Shown: positions 1 through 11,479 of the stretch, in pieces | Layout: the number at the start of each line of letters is the position of its first letter | Position numbering within the stretch: the first letter of the stretch is position 1 | Source: Limisphaerales bacterium | Lineage (GTDB): Bacteria > Verrucomicrobiota > Verrucomicrobiia > Limisphaerales > UBA11358 | Length of the DNA: 64,000 bases | Direction of reading: 5' to 3' | Assembly (NCBI GenBank): GCA_037200545.1 | Contig: JBBCGE010000003.1 | Location: forward strand, 355,948 to 419,947 | Translations under genes and position numbers: made by a program | Notes under the pieces: model-generated | What the model was told of the DNA's origin: nothing | Database searches by the model: none | Seen by the model: only the letters and a program-made list of their open reading frames with translations

Positions 1-1
1 T

Positions 2-742
2 CTTGCCGGCCAGACCGCGCTCATTACCGGCGGCGGCACGGGCCTTGGTCTGGGCATCGCAAAATGTTTTATTGAGTCCGGCGCGAACGTCGTTCTTGTG
101 GGCCGGCGCATGGACGAATTGCAAAAAGCCCTCACTGCGCTTGGCGCAAATGCCTTTGTGCTGGCTGGCGACGTCACGAAGCTGGAAACGATTCCCGCGC
201 TCGTCCAGCAAGCCGAATCAACCGCCGGACCAATTTCCATTCTCGTCAACAATGCCGGCATACACCTCAAAAAATCCGCGCTGGAAACCTCCGACGCTGA
301 ATTTGCCGCCGTGATGCAGACACACGTGTTCGGTTCATTTGCATTGTCGCGCGAAATTGGACGCAGAATGGTTGAGCGCAAGTCAGGCAGCATTTTGTTC
401 ACCGCCTCGATGGCGTCACTGTTTGGGATTCCGCTGGTCGTCGCTTATTCCGCCGCCAAGTCCGCCCATTCCGGCATGGTGAGGACGCTGGCGGTCGAAC
501 TCGGCGCGCATGGAATTCGCGTGAACGCCATCGCGCCGGGCTGGATTGAATCCGATATGATGAACAAGGCCTTGAGCGGCGATCCGGCGCGCAAGGCAAA
601 AATTCTTGGCCGCACGCCATTGAATCAATTCGGCCAGGCGGAAGACATCGGTTGGACGGCGGTTTACTTGTGCAGTCCGGCCGCGAAATTTGTCACCGGC
701 GTCATATTGCCGGTGGACGGCGGTGTCTCCATTGGATTTTGA
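2..742 (+). CDS. SDR-family oxidoreductase (KduD / gluconate-5-dehydrogenase-like), 5' end cut by the window edge
   Basis: Frame 2 is open from nt 2. It reads [21 protein letters not shown] (TGxxxGxG Rossmann motif), then NNAG and YSAAK (YxxxK catalytic motif). Stop at 740-742. Confidence 0.85.
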   Translation, partial: LAGQTALITGGGTGLGLGIAKCFIESGANVVLVGRRMDELQKALTALGANAFVLAGDVTKLETIPALVQQAESTAGPISILVNNAGIHLKKSALETSDAEFAAVMQTHVFGSFALSREIGRRMVERKSGSILFTASMASLFGIPLVVAYSAAKSAHSGMVRTLAVELGAHGIRVNAIAPGWIESDMMNKALSGDPARKAKILGRTPLNQFGQAEDIGWTAVYLCSPAAKFVTGVILPVDGGVSIGF

Positions 743-791
743 TTCAAACAACGACAACATTAACAACCGCAATTTTATTTTACCATTAAAC

Positions 792-2105
792 ATGAAGCCT
801 GCATTTCCGGAAATCTCGAAGATTGATTACGAAGGTCCGCGTTCGAAGAATGCGCTGGCGTTCAAGCATTACCATGCTGACGAGGTGGTTGCCGGCAGGA
901 CGATGCGGGAGCATCTGCGGTTTGCGGTGGTGTACTGGCACACGTTCCGAGGCACCGGCAGCGACCCGTTTGGTGCGGGCACGATGCAGCGACCGTGGGA
1001 TGATGGCACCAACTCCGTCAGCAATGCGCAGAAACGCGTGCATGCCGCCTTCGAGTTCATCGAGAAGCTGGGCGCGCCCTACTATTGCTGGCATGACCGT
1101 GATGTGGCGCCGGAAGGCAAAACTCTTTCAGAATCAAACAAGAACTTTGATGCCGTCGCCAAGGTCTTGAAAGCCGAGCAGAAACGCACGGGCATCAAGC
1201 TGCTCTGGGGCACGGCCAACCTGTTTTCCAATCCGCGCTTCGTCCATGGTGCCGGCACGAGCTGCAATGCCGACGTGTTCGCCTATGCCGCCGCCCAGAT
1301 CAAGAAGGCGATGGAAGTGACGCATGAACTCGGCGGCGAAGGTTATACGTTCTGGGGCGGGCGCGAAGGCTACATGACGCTGCTCAACACCGACATGAAG
1401 CGGGAGCTGGAACATCTCGCGAAACTGCTGCATATGGCCGTCGCCTACAAGAAACAGATCGGCTTCAAAGGCCAGTTCTACATCGAGCCCAAACCCAAGG
1501 AACCGACCAAGCATCAATATGACTCGGACGCCGCCGCGTGCCTGAACTTTTTGCGTGAATACGACCTGTTGCCGCACTTCAAACTGAACATCGAGACGAA
1601 CCACGCCACGCTGGCGGGCCACACGATGCAGCATGAACTGGAAGTGGCCGGTGCGGCCGATGCGCTGGGCTCCATTGATGCGAACACGGGCGACGAACTG
1701 CTGGGCTGGGACACGGACCAGTTTCCGACGAACCTTTATCTGACGACCTACACGATGCTGGCCATTCTAAAATATGGCGGTTTGAAGACGGGCGGGGTGA
1801 ATTTTGATGCGAAGGTGCGGCGGGAGAGCTTTGAGCCGGTGGACCTGTTCCATGCGCACATCGGAGGGATGGACGCGTTTGCGCGGGGATTGAAGATCGC
1901 GGCGGCGATCCGCCAGGACGGGCGGCTGGCGGAGTTCATCAAAGCGCGTTATGCGTCGTGGGACACGGGCATCGGGGCGAAGATCGAATCGGGCAAAGCC
2001 GGCTTGAAGGAACTCGAAACCTACAGCCTCAAGCAGGGCGAAGCCTCCCCCAACGCCAGCGGCCGCCAGGAATTCTTAGAAAACTTAATCAACGAGTTCA
2101 TATGA
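792..2105 (+). CDS. xylA: xylose isomerase
   Basis: 437 codons from the ATG at 792. Contains class II xylose isomerase signatures FWGGREGY and [15 protein letters not shown], plus [12 protein letters not shown]. The upstream part of the listed ORF (690-791) looks non-coding. Confidence 0.95.
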   Translation: MKPAFPEISKIDYEGPRSKNALAFKHYHADEVVAGRTMREHLRFAVVYWHTFRGTGSDPFGAGTMQRPWDDGTNSVSNAQKRVHAAFEFIEKLGAPYYCWHDRDVAPEGKTLSESNKNFDAVAKVLKAEQKRTGIKLLWGTANLFSNPRFVHGAGTSCNADVFAYAAAQIKKAMEVTHELGGEGYTFWGGREGYMTLLNTDMKRELEHLAKLLHMAVAYKKQIGFKGQFYIEPKPKEPTKHQYDSDAAACLNFLREYDLLPHFKLNIETNHATLAGHTMQHELEVAGAADALGSIDANTGDELLGWDTDQFPTNLYLTTYTMLAILKYGGLKTGGVNFDAKVRRESFEPVDLFHAHIGGMDAFARGLKIAAAIRQDGRLAEFIKARYASWDTGIGAKIESGKAGLKELETYSLKQGEASPNASGRQEFLENLINEFI

Positions 2106-4078
2106 AATTTAGATTGCTTGGTATTTTGGTTTTTGGCGTTTTGTTGTTGGGTGCAAATGCTGCTGATAACACTCCTTTGCCATTTGTCAGTCCCATGTTC
2201 GGCGACAATATGGTTTTGCAGCGGGGAAAGCCCATCCGCTTTTGGGGCTGGGCCAAACCAGGAGAAGATGTTCGCGTCGAGTTGGACGGTCAGACGGCCA
2301 CGGCCACAACAGATACGACTGGTCGCTGGCAGGCAGAAATCGAAGCTCCGGCGCCGGGCGGGCCTTACACGGTGAAAATCAGCGGCGCGGATCGAATCGT
2401 CACGCTGCACGAGGTTCTTGTCGGCGATGTCTGGCTGTGCGGCGGGCAGTCCAACATGGAGATGGGCATTGGCCAGGTCCGAAACGCGGAACAAGAAATC
2501 AAATTAGCGGAGCATCCCGAAATCCGGTTATTCATTGTTCAACACCAAGTCGCATACTCTCCAGCGGCGGTTCTTCAAGGCTCTTGGAAAATCTGTTCGC
2601 CGCAAACCATCGGCGCGGACGGCTGGGGTGGCTTCTCGGCCGTGGCATATTTTTTTGCACGCAGATTGCAAGAAGACATCCATGTGCCGATCGGGCTGGT
2701 GCAGGATTGCTGGGGCGGCACGCCGGCGGAATCGTGGGCGGGCGCCGAAGCGCTCCATCCGCTCAAGGACTTCGATGCCACACTCGATGAGGTGGCCCGG
2801 CTTCAGGCCCGGGGCGGCCCGCAATACGGCAATTTCATCGCACACTGGTATGACGAGTTCGACGCCGGCCAGAAGGACAACGCCTGGTTCGCGCCCGTCC
2901 TCGATGAAAGCGATTGGAAACCGGTGACGATTCCCGGTGGCTTCCGCGAACTCGGCGTTCCCGAGACGCCCGCCGTTTGCTATTTCCGCAAAACTGTCGT
3001 CCTGCCCGATCCGCTTCCGGCGGGGGGCGCACAAATTCTTCTGGGCGTCATCGAACGGATGGACACCACGCAAATCAACGGTCGCTGGGTCGGTGCCAGC
3101 GCATGGGTGGAGAACCCGCGCGCCTACAACATTGGCGATGGCATCCTCAAGCCCGGCACCAACATCATCACCATCCGCGTGTTGAAGACCAAGCCCGACG
3201 GCGGTTTCAAATCAAAGCCTGAGCAATTCAAACTGGTGCTCGGCGACAAGACCGAAATCCCGCTCGCGGGCGAATGGAAAGGCAAGCTCAGCGTGGACGC
3301 GCGTCCGCCGCATTCGCTGCCGGCCGGGTTCGAGAACTGGCCGACCATGCCCGCCGTCCTTTACAACGGCATGATTGCACCCGTCGCGTCTTTGGCCATC
3401 AGCGGCGTCATCTGGTATCAGGGCGAATCCAACGCGGGCCGCGCTGCGCAGTATCGCACGCTGCTGCCGGCGATGATCGCTGATTGGCGGAAGACTTTCG
3501 GGCAGGGCGATTTCCCGTTTTACATTGTGAGCCTCGCCGCGTTCATGCCGCACAAGGATGCGCCCGGCGACGATGCGTGGGCGGAATTGCGCGAGGCGCA
3601 AGATTTCATCGCGCGTACTGTGCCGAACTCAGGGCTGGCTGTGACCATTGATGTCGGCGATGCCAATGACATCCATCCGAAGGACAAAAAAGAAGTCGGG
3701 GAGCGGCTCGCGCTGCTGGCGCTGGCAAAGGATTACGGCGAAAAGATTCCGTACTCCGGCCCGGAGTTTGTTTCGGCGGAGCAAATCCCCGGCGCGTTGA
3801 AGCTCCGCTTCGACCACACCGCCGGTGGTTTGGTGATCAAGGGCGGCAAGCTTGAGGAATTCGCCATCGCCGGACAAGACGGGAAATGGCATTGGGCGGA
3901 AGCCAGGATTGAAGGCGACACAATCGTGGTTTCGTCGCCGGAAGTGCCCAGGCCAATCACGGCGCGCTATGCCTGGCAGGCCAATCCGCGCGCGACGCTT
4001 TTCAACGGCGCTGGTCTGCCTGCGATACCGTTTCGCTCGGACGCCCCGCCGGAAATCATGGGAAAACGCACGCCGTGA
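2102..4078 (+). CDS. SASA/DUF303-type sialate O-acetylesterase-like carbohydrate esterase (probable acetyl-xylan esterase), secreted
   Basis: The ATG at 2102 overlaps the xylA stop (ATGA). Signal peptide [24 protein letters not shown]-like nucleophile motif CGGQSNM, and WYQGESN further on. Confidence 0.8.
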   Translation: MKFRLLGILVFGVLLLGANAADNTPLPFVSPMFGDNMVLQRGKPIRFWGWAKPGEDVRVELDGQTATATTDTTGRWQAEIEAPAPGGPYTVKISGADRIVTLHEVLVGDVWLCGGQSNMEMGIGQVRNAEQEIKLAEHPEIRLFIVQHQVAYSPAAVLQGSWKICSPQTIGADGWGGFSAVAYFFARRLQEDIHVPIGLVQDCWGGTPAESWAGAEALHPLKDFDATLDEVARLQARGGPQYGNFIAHWYDEFDAGQKDNAWFAPVLDESDWKPVTIPGGFRELGVPETPAVCYFRKTVVLPDPLPAGGAQILLGVIERMDTTQINGRWVGASAWVENPRAYNIGDGILKPGTNIITIRVLKTKPDGGFKSKPEQFKLVLGDKTEIPLAGEWKGKLSVDARPPHSLPAGFENWPTMPAVLYNGMIAPVASLAISGVIWYQGESNAGRAAQYRTLLPAMIADWRKTFGQGDFPFYIVSLAAFMPHKDAPGDDAWAELREAQDFIARTVPNSGLAVTIDVGDANDIHPKDKKEVGERLALLALAKDYGEKIPYSGPEFVSAEQIPGALKLRFDHTAGGLVIKGGKLEEFAIAGQDGKWHWAEARIEGDTIVVSSPEVPRPITARYAWQANPRATLFNGAGLPAIPFRSDAPPEIMGKRTP

Positions 4079-4135
4079 CGGGGTCTGTCTGATTCGTGAT
4101 TGTCGGCAGGTGGTTCATTCAACTAAAATTGGTTT

Positions 4136-7100
4136 GTGCCCCACCATGGTAAAAACATCACGCCCGGACGAAAATTGTTTTTTCTGGCTGCCGTGATGTT
4201 CCTGTTGATGGCGGCGGCTTTTTCCGCCCGCGCGCAGCCGGTTACCAATCTTCTACAGTTGACCCAGGTGATGAATCTCCAGCCGCGGGTGAATCGCGAT
4301 GTCCGGCTGGAAGTGACTGTTTGCGCCGCGAGCCGGCCCGAAATTGGGGTCTTGATTGTGCAGGACGATTCGGGAGTTGAATTGCTGGAAATGGGGAATT
4401 TGGGACAGGAGGTTCATCCGGGAGACATGATTCGCATCCAAGGCTTTTATTGTTTGTTACGCAAACGCGACATGGGGGTTGAGATTTTCGCAACACCGGT
4501 TGTGGACAATGACGGCATCCACCTCCGGCGAACATGGGGCGGCAGTCTTGTTACCCTGAAGGCTGGTCAGAACCCGGTGCGGCTGGATTGGTTTAACCAT
4601 CTGCGCGAATTCAACCTGGAGGTGTTGTGTTCGGTTTCAAACGCGCCGTTGCCAAGTTTTGGACCGTCAAATTTTTCGCACGCAGTCGTGAATGAATCTG
4701 GCAGGACCAATTTTCTGCCCGGTCTGCTGGCAGAGGATTATGAAGGGTATTGGGAGACGATCCCGGACTTCAATTTGCTTCAGCCCGCAAAAATCGGAAT
4801 TGTGACCAATTTTGATCTGGGATTTCGAACCCATGACGAAATGGTCGGCATCCGTTTCACCGGCTTCTTCAAGGCGCCTTATGACGGCCAATATCTGTTT
4901 CGAACACGATCAGATGACGGCAGCCTGCTTTTTTTTGGCAAGCCGGAATTGCCAGTCATCAGCACGGGCCTTACGAATGTTCCTGTCGCAACGCAGGGGT
5001 TTTACGGAGATGCCATGGGCAGTCTGTCGGAGCGGCGCTGGGTGACTATCGGGGGACGGGTGGGTTTCATCTCAAAGCAGGGACGGGGGCTCGAATTTGA
5101 ACTGCGCTCGGATCAAGATGTGATTTTGGTTAAAGTGGCGGATGCGGCTGATTTGGATCCGTCGCGTTTGCGGAACTCCCAAATCAAAGTGACGGGTGTC
5201 GGGCGAGGGGTGCTGACGGCGGGCCAGCATGTTATTTTGGAAAAAGTGATGGTCGCCAGTTCAAGGGACATTGAATTGGTTGAAAAGGGATTTAGCAGCC
5301 AACCGCCGCTTGCTGTCGTTTCCATCAGACAAGTCCAAAGTCTGCCCCTTGAGGAGGCGCGTCGCGCTTTGCCGGTGCGTGTTCGAGGACTGGTCACCGA
5401 CGCCAGAAATTCAGCCTTCGATCGCCGAATGTCCATTCAGGACGACACCCGGGGAATTTTTGTGAATCTGGATTCCATAACCAACACGCATTTGATGTTC
5501 GCAGAGTACGTGGAAGTCGAAGGGCATAGTAGCGCGGGCGATTTTGCGCCGGTCATCATTGCCGACAAGGTGACCATTCTTGGTGATGGGCGGTTGCCTG
5601 AACCAGCACGCCCGACGTGGACCGAATTGCTCAATGGCAGCATGGATGTTCAGTGGGCCGAACTGCAAGGTTTGGTCACCGACGTGCAAAGCAATAAAGT
5701 CTCATTGCTTTTGCCGGAAGGCCGGCTGGAAGTTCTGATGGACGGTTGTCACGAATCACAACTGAGACCGTTTGAGAAAAACGTTGCCCGCATCCGCGGC
5801 GTGCTTTATGCCATGTGGAACGCGGAAACCCGCGAAGTACGCGTGGGCAGCGTGATGATGCGCAACGCCACGATCAGCGTGGATGCTCCTGCTCCCAGCG
5901 ATTCATTCAATGCCGTCGTCAAAACGCCGCGCGAACTGCGCCTGTTTGATGCCCAGGCCACCGCTTTCCGGCGCGTAAAGGTGCGCGGGCAGATTGTTTA
6001 CGCTGATGCAATGCAGATTTTTCTGGAGGATAACGGCGCTGGACTCCGGTTGCTGCCTTCGGAAAAAACAGATTTACATCCCGGTGATCTGGTCGAGGCG
6101 GTCGGGTATCCGGACATCGGCAGGACGATGTTGCTGCTGCGCGAGGTCATTCTCCGAAAGACCGGCGAAGCCGCGTTGCCGGCGGCAAAGATGACCAAGG
6201 AATCTGAATTGACGGAAAAGAATCTGGATTCCACCCGCATCAGCGTCGAAGGGAAACTGCTCGGCTGGCACTTGGAACAGGGCGTACCGGTGTTGGAAAT
6301 TCAATCAGGCCAGCATTTGTACCTTGCGCGGCTCGCGCCCGGATCCTCGGGACAAGTTTCTTTGCGCGTGGGCAGCCGCCTTGCGCTGAATGGTGTTTAC
6401 GTCGAACGCGGGCGCAATCAAGGTCCGAACCCCGGCGCTGAATCCTTCGACCTGTTGGTGAATTCGCCTGCGGACATTGCCGTCCTCTCGCAGCCATCCA
6501 GATGGACCTTGCAGCGTTTGTTGATTGTCGTGGGAATATTGCTGGTGGTCCTGGCTTTCACGGCGATCTGGATCACGCAATTGAGGCGTTTGGTCGAACA
6601 GCGCACCATCCAGCTTCAGCGGGAAATCCACGAGCGCGAGCGCATCGAACGCCAGCATGCGCTTGAAGCGGAGCGCTCGCGCATCGCACGCGATTTGCAT
6701 GACGACCTCGGTTCCAGTCTCACGGAAATCAGTGTGCTCGCCAGCACGGGCCAGCGTCCGGGGCCGGGCGAAACCAGCCACCCCAAACTGTTTCACTCGA
6801 TTGCCGGCAAGGCGCGCAGTCTTATCGCCGCGCTGGATGTCATTGTCTGGGCCGTTGATCCGGAAGACAACTCGCTGCAATCGCTTGGTGATTATCTGAC
6901 CGGCTATGCGGAGGAATTCTTTTCCCAGACGAACATCTCCTGCCGGTTCAAAGTTCCCGTTGCTTTTCCCAACATCAATCTGGACGGACGTGTGCGGCAC
7001 GACCTGCTGATGGCTGTGAAAGAAACATTGAACAACGTTGTCCGTCATGCGGAAGCGACCGAGGTGGAGTTTTGCATGGCGGTCGCTGGTGGTGATTTGG

Positions 7101-7300
7101 AAATCGGAATTGCCGACAACGGAAAGGGCTTTAAAAGTGCAGGGAGCGGACATGGACTGAAAAATCTTTCAGCCCGTTTGCTGAAATTAGGCGGGGCTTG
7201 CGTGATAGAATCATCCCTTGGCGGAGGCACGAGGGTGAAAATCCGTTTGCCCCTGGCCGCATCCATTGTAACAACCATGACCACTCCCGGAAAAAGCTGA
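4136..7300 (+). CDS. sensor histidine kinase (NarL-type HisKA_3) with a large periplasmic region containing a PA14-like carbohydrate-binding domain
   Basis: N-terminal TM/signal LFFLAAVMFLLMAAAFSARA. PA14-like stretch YEGYWETIPDFN...FTGFFKAPYDGQYLFRTRSDDGSLLFFG. Second TM LLIVVGILLVVLAFTAIWI, a coiled coil, an H-box RIARDLHDDLGSSL, and ATPase motifs NNVVRHA, DNGKGF, GHGLKN. Confidence 0.8.
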   Translation: MPHHGKNITPGRKLFFLAAVMFLLMAAAFSARAQPVTNLLQLTQVMNLQPRVNRDVRLEVTVCAASRPEIGVLIVQDDSGVELLEMGNLGQEVHPGDMIRIQGFYCLLRKRDMGVEIFATPVVDNDGIHLRRTWGGSLVTLKAGQNPVRLDWFNHLREFNLEVLCSVSNAPLPSFGPSNFSHAVVNESGRTNFLPGLLAEDYEGYWETIPDFNLLQPAKIGIVTNFDLGFRTHDEMVGIRFTGFFKAPYDGQYLFRTRSDDGSLLFFGKPELPVISTGLTNVPVATQGFYGDAMGSLSERRWVTIGGRVGFISKQGRGLEFELRSDQDVILVKVADAADLDPSRLRNSQIKVTGVGRGVLTAGQHVILEKVMVASSRDIELVEKGFSSQPPLAVVSIRQVQSLPLEEARRALPVRVRGLVTDARNSAFDRRMSIQDDTRGIFVNLDSITNTHLMFAEYVEVEGHSSAGDFAPVIIADKVTILGDGRLPEPARPTWTELLNGSMDVQWAELQGLVTDVQSNKVSLLLPEGRLEVLMDGCHESQLRPFEKNVARIRGVLYAMWNAETREVRVGSVMMRNATISVDAPAPSDSFNAVVKTPRELRLFDAQATAFRRVKVRGQIVYADAMQIFLEDNGAGLRLLPSEKTDLHPGDLVEAVGYPDIGRTMLLLREVILRKTGEAALPAAKMTKESELTEKNLDSTRISVEGKLLGWHLEQGVPVLEIQSGQHLYLARLAPGSSGQVSLRVGSRLALNGVYVERGRNQGPNPGAESFDLLVNSPADIAVLSQPSRWTLQRLLIVVGILLVVLAFTAIWITQLRRLVEQRTIQLQREIHERERIERQHALEAERSRIARDLHDDLGSSLTEISVLASTGQRPGPGETSHPKLFHSIAGKARSLIAALDVIVWAVDPEDNSLQSLGDYLTGYAEEFFSQTNISCRFKVPVAFPNINLDGRVRHDLLMAVKETLNNVVRHAEATEVEFCMAVAGGDLEIGIADNGKGFKSAGSGHGLKNLSARLLKLGGACVIESSLGGGTRVKIRLPLAASIVTTMTTPGKS

Positions 7301-7317
7301 TACGACATTTGACCGAT
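7300..7317 (+). promoter_or_regulatory. conserved 18-nt intergenic motif ATACGACATTTGAC(C/G)GAT, copy 1 (copy 2 at 8126-8143)
   Basis: 17 of 18 nt are identical between the two copies. Each lies just after a stop codon and ~50-65 nt upstream of the next gene in the kinase / regulator / malectin series. Contains a TTGAC -35-like core. Confidence 0.25.
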
Positions 7318-7364
7318 TTCACCGGGCCGGACTTGAGCTAGAATAGTCATCAAACATTGATGAC

Positions 7365-8072
7365 ATGCCGGCACAATTGGCACATAGTATCGGCCTTGAT
7401 TTGATAACGAAAGTCGCCATCGTTGAAGACAATGCCACGCTGCGGAAATACCTCGCGGAGGTGATCAGCGATACGCCAGGCCATCGCTGCGTCTGCGCGT
7501 GTGCTTCCGCCGAGGAGGCCCTGATTGAGATTCCCGTGCACAAACCAAACGTCGTGCTGATGGATATCCACCTGCCGGGCGAATCGGGCATTGCCTGCAC
7601 AGCGCGGTTGCGCGAAAAATTACCAAACCTGCAGGTCATCATGTTGACGGTCTATAAGGACATCAAAATGATTTTTCAGGCGCTGAAGGCCGGCGCATGC
7701 GGTTACGTTTTGAAGCGGTCGGATGACCGGGAAATTCTGGAGGCCATCGCGGAAGTCCGTGCCGGCGGGGCGCCGATGACCAGTGAAATCGCCCGCATGG
7801 TGGTTCGTTCCTTCATGGAATCAGCCAAGATCTCCGATGCGAACGGCACGGATCAGTTGTCGTCGCGGGAACTGGAAATCCTCGCGCTCGTGGCCGAGGG
7901 CTGTCCAAACAAGGAGATTGCATCGCGCCTGTCCATCAGCAACGGCACGGTGCGCACCCACCTGATGCACATTTATGAAAAACTTCACGTCCGTTGCCGT
8001 ACGGAAGCTGCCGCCAAATATCTTCGTTCCAAGCCTTCTGAAGCCGGCAGCATGTCAGCCATGCAGGCGTAG
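7365..8072 (+). CDS. response regulator, NarL/LuxR family (REC + HTH)
   Basis: VAIVEDN, VVLMDIHLPGESG (phospho-acceptor Asp region), and the C-terminal LuxR HTH LSSRELEILALVAEGCPNKEIASRLSISNGTVRTHLMHIYEKL. Confidence 0.85.
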   Translation: MPAQLAHSIGLDLITKVAIVEDNATLRKYLAEVISDTPGHRCVCACASAEEALIEIPVHKPNVVLMDIHLPGESGIACTARLREKLPNLQVIMLTVYKDIKMIFQALKAGACGYVLKRSDDREILEAIAEVRAGGAPMTSEIARMVVRSFMESAKISDANGTDQLSSRELEILALVAEGCPNKEIASRLSISNGTVRTHLMHIYEKLHVRCRTEAAAKYLRSKPSEAGSMSAMQA

Positions 8073-8194
8073 GACGCCTTGCGCATTCCGTTGCACCCGG
8101 AACAAAAACGCCGGGCGCCTTCAACATACGACATTTGACGGATGGCATCGTGTCTCATGTAAAAGCTAAGATTCTGCTGAAACCACAAATTTTT

Positions 8195-8821
8195 ATGCCT
8201 ATGAAATTCTGGCTGCAGCAGCCCTGCTTGTTTAGTCTTTTAATGCTCATGCTGCTTTTGCCGGCGGGCTGCGAGTCAAACCAAGTTTCACCGGCAGCAC
8301 AGGCAGTGAAGACGACTTCTTCTTCCGCCGTAACCACCGCAGCACCGGTCACCACGACCAAAGTTGCGCCCAAGGCGGTGCGCATCAAAGCAGGGAGTTC
8401 CGCCCCGTTCACCGATTCGCAAGGCAATGTCTGGCTGGCGGATCAAGGTTTCAATGGCGGCGATGTCATCGAACGACCGGACTTGGTCATCACCAACACG
8501 GCGGAGCCTGAAATTGATCGTTCGGAACATTACTCCATGGATTCGTTTTCCTGGCCGTTGCCGAATGGAAATTATCTGACGAAGCTGCATTTTTGCGAAA
8601 CCTTCGAGGGAATAACCGGACCGGGGCAGCGGATTTTTACTTTCAACGTGCAGGGTCATGACTTCAAGGATTTTGATGTTTGGACCAAAGCCGGTGGGCC
8701 GCTGACCGCATACGTCGAAACAGTTCCGGTGGAAATCAAGGACGGCAGGTTGCTGATCACCTTCACCGGGAACGTTGAAAATCCGCAGATCAATGGAATC
8801 GAAATCATTCCGCAACCCTGA
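8195..8821 (+). CDS. malectin-domain lipoprotein (carbohydrate-binding)
   Basis: Lipobox LLLPAGC. Malectin-like motifs FTDSQGNVWLADQGFNGG and YLTKLHFCETFEG..GQRIFTFNVQG. The start was chosen at the internal Met that precedes the signal peptide. Confidence 0.65.
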   Translation: MPMKFWLQQPCLFSLLMLMLLLPAGCESNQVSPAAQAVKTTSSSAVTTAAPVTTTKVAPKAVRIKAGSSAPFTDSQGNVWLADQGFNGGDVIERPDLVITNTAEPEIDRSEHYSMDSFSWPLPNGNYLTKLHFCETFEGITGPGQRIFTFNVQGHDFKDFDVWTKAGGPLTAYVETVPVEIKDGRLLITFTGNVENPQINGIEIIPQP

Positions 8822-8888
8822 ACATGAGGCCGAACGCATGGTGAGCTGTGATGAATTCCGGCTCATGCAATTTTGAACAAAGTGATTT

Positions 8889-9860
8889 ATGAAATCATCG
8901 AGATACTTGGTTCCTGAGGGCACTTACATGGCCGACCCGGCGGCGCACGTTTTTAATGGCAGGCTCTACATCTACCCCTCGCACGACATTGAATCGGGCA
9001 TTCTCGAGAACGACAACGGTGACCATTTTGACATGCGGGATTACCACGTGCTTTCAATGGATTCGATTGACGGCGAAGTGACCGATCACGGCGTGATCTT
9101 GGATTTGAAGGATATTCCCTGGGCCGGCCGCCAGCTTTGGGATTCCGACTGTGCCTGCAAAAACGGGAGATACTTCATCTATTTTTCGCTTAAGGACAAA
9201 AATGACGTCTTCCACATCGGCGTGGCCATAAGCGACAGGCCGGAAGGTCCATTCATTCCGCAGGAGAATCCCATCAAAGGCAGCTATTCCATCGACCCCT
9301 GCGCCTTTCAGAATGACGACGGCTCTCATCATCTGATTTTTGGCGGGCTGTGGGGTGGACAATTACAACGCTATCGCAACAACAAGGCCATTGAGTGTGG
9401 AAAAGAACCAGCCGACCATGAGCCGGCACTGTGTCCCAAGATTGTCCGTTTGAACGACAACATGCTGGAGTTCACAGAAGCGCCGCGCGACCTCGTCATT
9501 CTCGATCAAAACGGCCAGCCTCTCACAGCCGGAGATCATGACCGCCGTTTTTTTGAGGCGTCATGGATGCACAAATACAACGGCAAATATTATTTCTCTT
9601 ACTCAACCGGCGACACCCACTTCCTGTGCTACGCCACGAGTGACAATCTTTACGGGCCATTCACGTATCAAGGGGTCATCCTCACACCCGTGGTCGGCTG
9701 GACCACACATCACAGCATCTGTGAATTCAAGGGCAAGTGGTATCTGTTCCACCATGATTCCCGGCCATCCGGTGGAAAGACCTGGCTGCGCAGCCTGAAG
9801 GTGATTGAACTTGAATATCTCCCCGACGGACTGATCAAGACCGTCCAAGGCCAGCAATGA
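8889..9860 (+). CDS. glycoside hydrolase family 43 (beta-xylosidase / alpha-L-arabinofuranosidase)
   Basis: ADPAAHVFNGRLYIYPSHD, SIDPCAF, FEASWMHKYNGKYYFSYS. These are typical GH43 five-bladed propeller signatures. Confidence 0.85.
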   Translation: MKSSRYLVPEGTYMADPAAHVFNGRLYIYPSHDIESGILENDNGDHFDMRDYHVLSMDSIDGEVTDHGVILDLKDIPWAGRQLWDSDCACKNGRYFIYFSLKDKNDVFHIGVAISDRPEGPFIPQENPIKGSYSIDPCAFQNDDGSHHLIFGGLWGGQLQRYRNNKAIECGKEPADHEPALCPKIVRLNDNMLEFTEAPRDLVILDQNGQPLTAGDHDRRFFEASWMHKYNGKYYFSYSTGDTHFLCYATSDNLYGPFTYQGVILTPVVGWTTHHSICEFKGKWYLFHHDSRPSGGKTWLRSLKVIELEYLPDGLIKTVQGQQ

Positions 9861-9928
9861 AGCAGACGGATTCCTCCCAAGACAAGACGTTGATTTGCAC
9901 AAAACCATTTTGACCGCCACCAAATAAA

Positions 9929-11473
9929 ATGAGCGCCAGCACCCAAAAACTTTCGTTCCTCGAAAAGTCCGGTTACAGCTGCGCCGACGCCGCAGCAAAT
10001 TTCGTCTTCATGACGATGATCCTGTTTCAGGCGAATTTTTACACGGACGTTTTCGGGCTGACCGCGAGCGCCGCCGCCGCGATTCTTTTGTGGCCGCGAT
10101 TGTGGGACGCGGTTGCCGATCCGATCGTGGGAATTCTCGCCGACCGTACCGACACACGCTGGGGGAAATTCCGCCCGTGGATTTTGTTCACGTCCATTCC
10201 TTGGTTTGTCGTCATGATCCTGGCCTACACGACGCCGCACGGTTGGAGCATGGGCGCAATGATTGCCTACGCGGCGATCACCAACACGATGTTGATGACG
10301 ATTTATTCGATGAACAACATGCCTTACGCCGCGCTCGGCGGCGTGATGACCGGCGATGTCAATGAACGCGCCCGGCTGAATTCATTTCGCTTCATCGCGG
10401 TGAACGCGGCGCAGTTTATCGTGGGCGGATTCACGCTGACGCTGGTCGCCAAATTCGCCGCCAAACATGCGTCCGGCGCAACCGTCGGCGTCGCGGATAA
10501 ACAATACGGCTGGCAGATGACCATGACCATCTGGGCGGTTTTGTGTCTCGTCCTTTTTCTTATCACGTTTGCCACCACCAGGGAACGCATCAAGCCCATC
10601 AACAAAATAAAATCTTCGCCAAAGCAGGATTTTGTGGACCTGTTGAAAAACAATCCGTGGAAGGTTATGTGGTGCTGGACGTTGGTGCATTTTGCGATTC
10701 TCTCTTTTCGCGGCGGCGCGCTTTACAATTATTATCATCACTACGCTAACAAGGCGGCGATGTTTGACTGGGTGCAAAAGCTTGGTCTTGTCGTTCCGGC
10801 CGGCACGCCCAGTTCCGGTGTTTTGGAAACCCTTGGTCTAATTGTACACGGCGACACAGCCAACCTGGCCAACTCAAATGTCGCCGATGTTTTTAACAGC
10901 ATCATCAACATGCTGGGAACCGGCCTCACCATCGTCGTCATTCTGCTTTCGCCGCCACTCGCCAAAAAATTTGGCAAGAAAGCGGTGGCTGCTACCGGCT
11001 TTGCATTGGCGACCATTGGCTCACTGTCGTTTTATCTTTTGAGTCCGTCGAATGTCTGGGGAATGCTGGCAATCACCGCATTTGTCTCGATTGTTTACGC
11101 GCCGACGATTCCGTTGACTTGGGCAATTTTTGCGGATGTCGCCGATTACTCCGAATTGAAAACGGGGCGGCGCTTCACCGGCATGGTTTTTGCCAGCATC
11201 GGTTTTGCGTTGAAATCCGGCCTGGCTTTGGGTTCAGCCTCGTTCCTTTGGATCATGATGGGCTTTTTCCATTACGACACCAAGCTGCCGGACGCAGCGG
11301 ATGCTGTTCAAGGCTATCGCGCGTGCAGCGGCATCGTGGTCGGAATTCTTTTCGGCATTTGCACGGTGCTATTGGCCGGTTATCAGCTCAACAAACGCAC
11401 CACCATCCAGATGGCCGACGAACTGGCGGAGCGCCGGAGAAAATATGCAGCGGAAAACCCGGCCACAAGCTGA
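9929..11473 (+). CDS. glycoside-pentoside-hexuronide (GPH):cation symporter, MFS superfamily (xyloside transporter-like)
   Basis: About 12 predicted TM helices, plus the GPH signature WDAVADPIVGILADRTDTRWGKFRPW. Confidence 0.85.
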   Translation: MSASTQKLSFLEKSGYSCADAAANFVFMTMILFQANFYTDVFGLTASAAAAILLWPRLWDAVADPIVGILADRTDTRWGKFRPWILFTSIPWFVVMILAYTTPHGWSMGAMIAYAAITNTMLMTIYSMNNMPYAALGGVMTGDVNERARLNSFRFIAVNAAQFIVGGFTLTLVAKFAAKHASGATVGVADKQYGWQMTMTIWAVLCLVLFLITFATTRERIKPINKIKSSPKQDFVDLLKNNPWKVMWCWTLVHFAILSFRGGALYNYYHHYANKAAMFDWVQKLGLVVPAGTPSSGVLETLGLIVHGDTANLANSNVADVFNSIINMLGTGLTIVVILLSPPLAKKFGKKAVAATGFALATIGSLSFYLLSPSNVWGMLAITAFVSIVYAPTIPLTWAIFADVADYSELKTGRRFTGMVFASIGFALKSGLALGSASFLWIMMGFFHYDTKLPDAADAVQGYRACSGIVVGILFGICTVLLAGYQLNKRTTIQMADELAERRRKYAAENPATS

Positions 11474-11479
11474 AGCATC

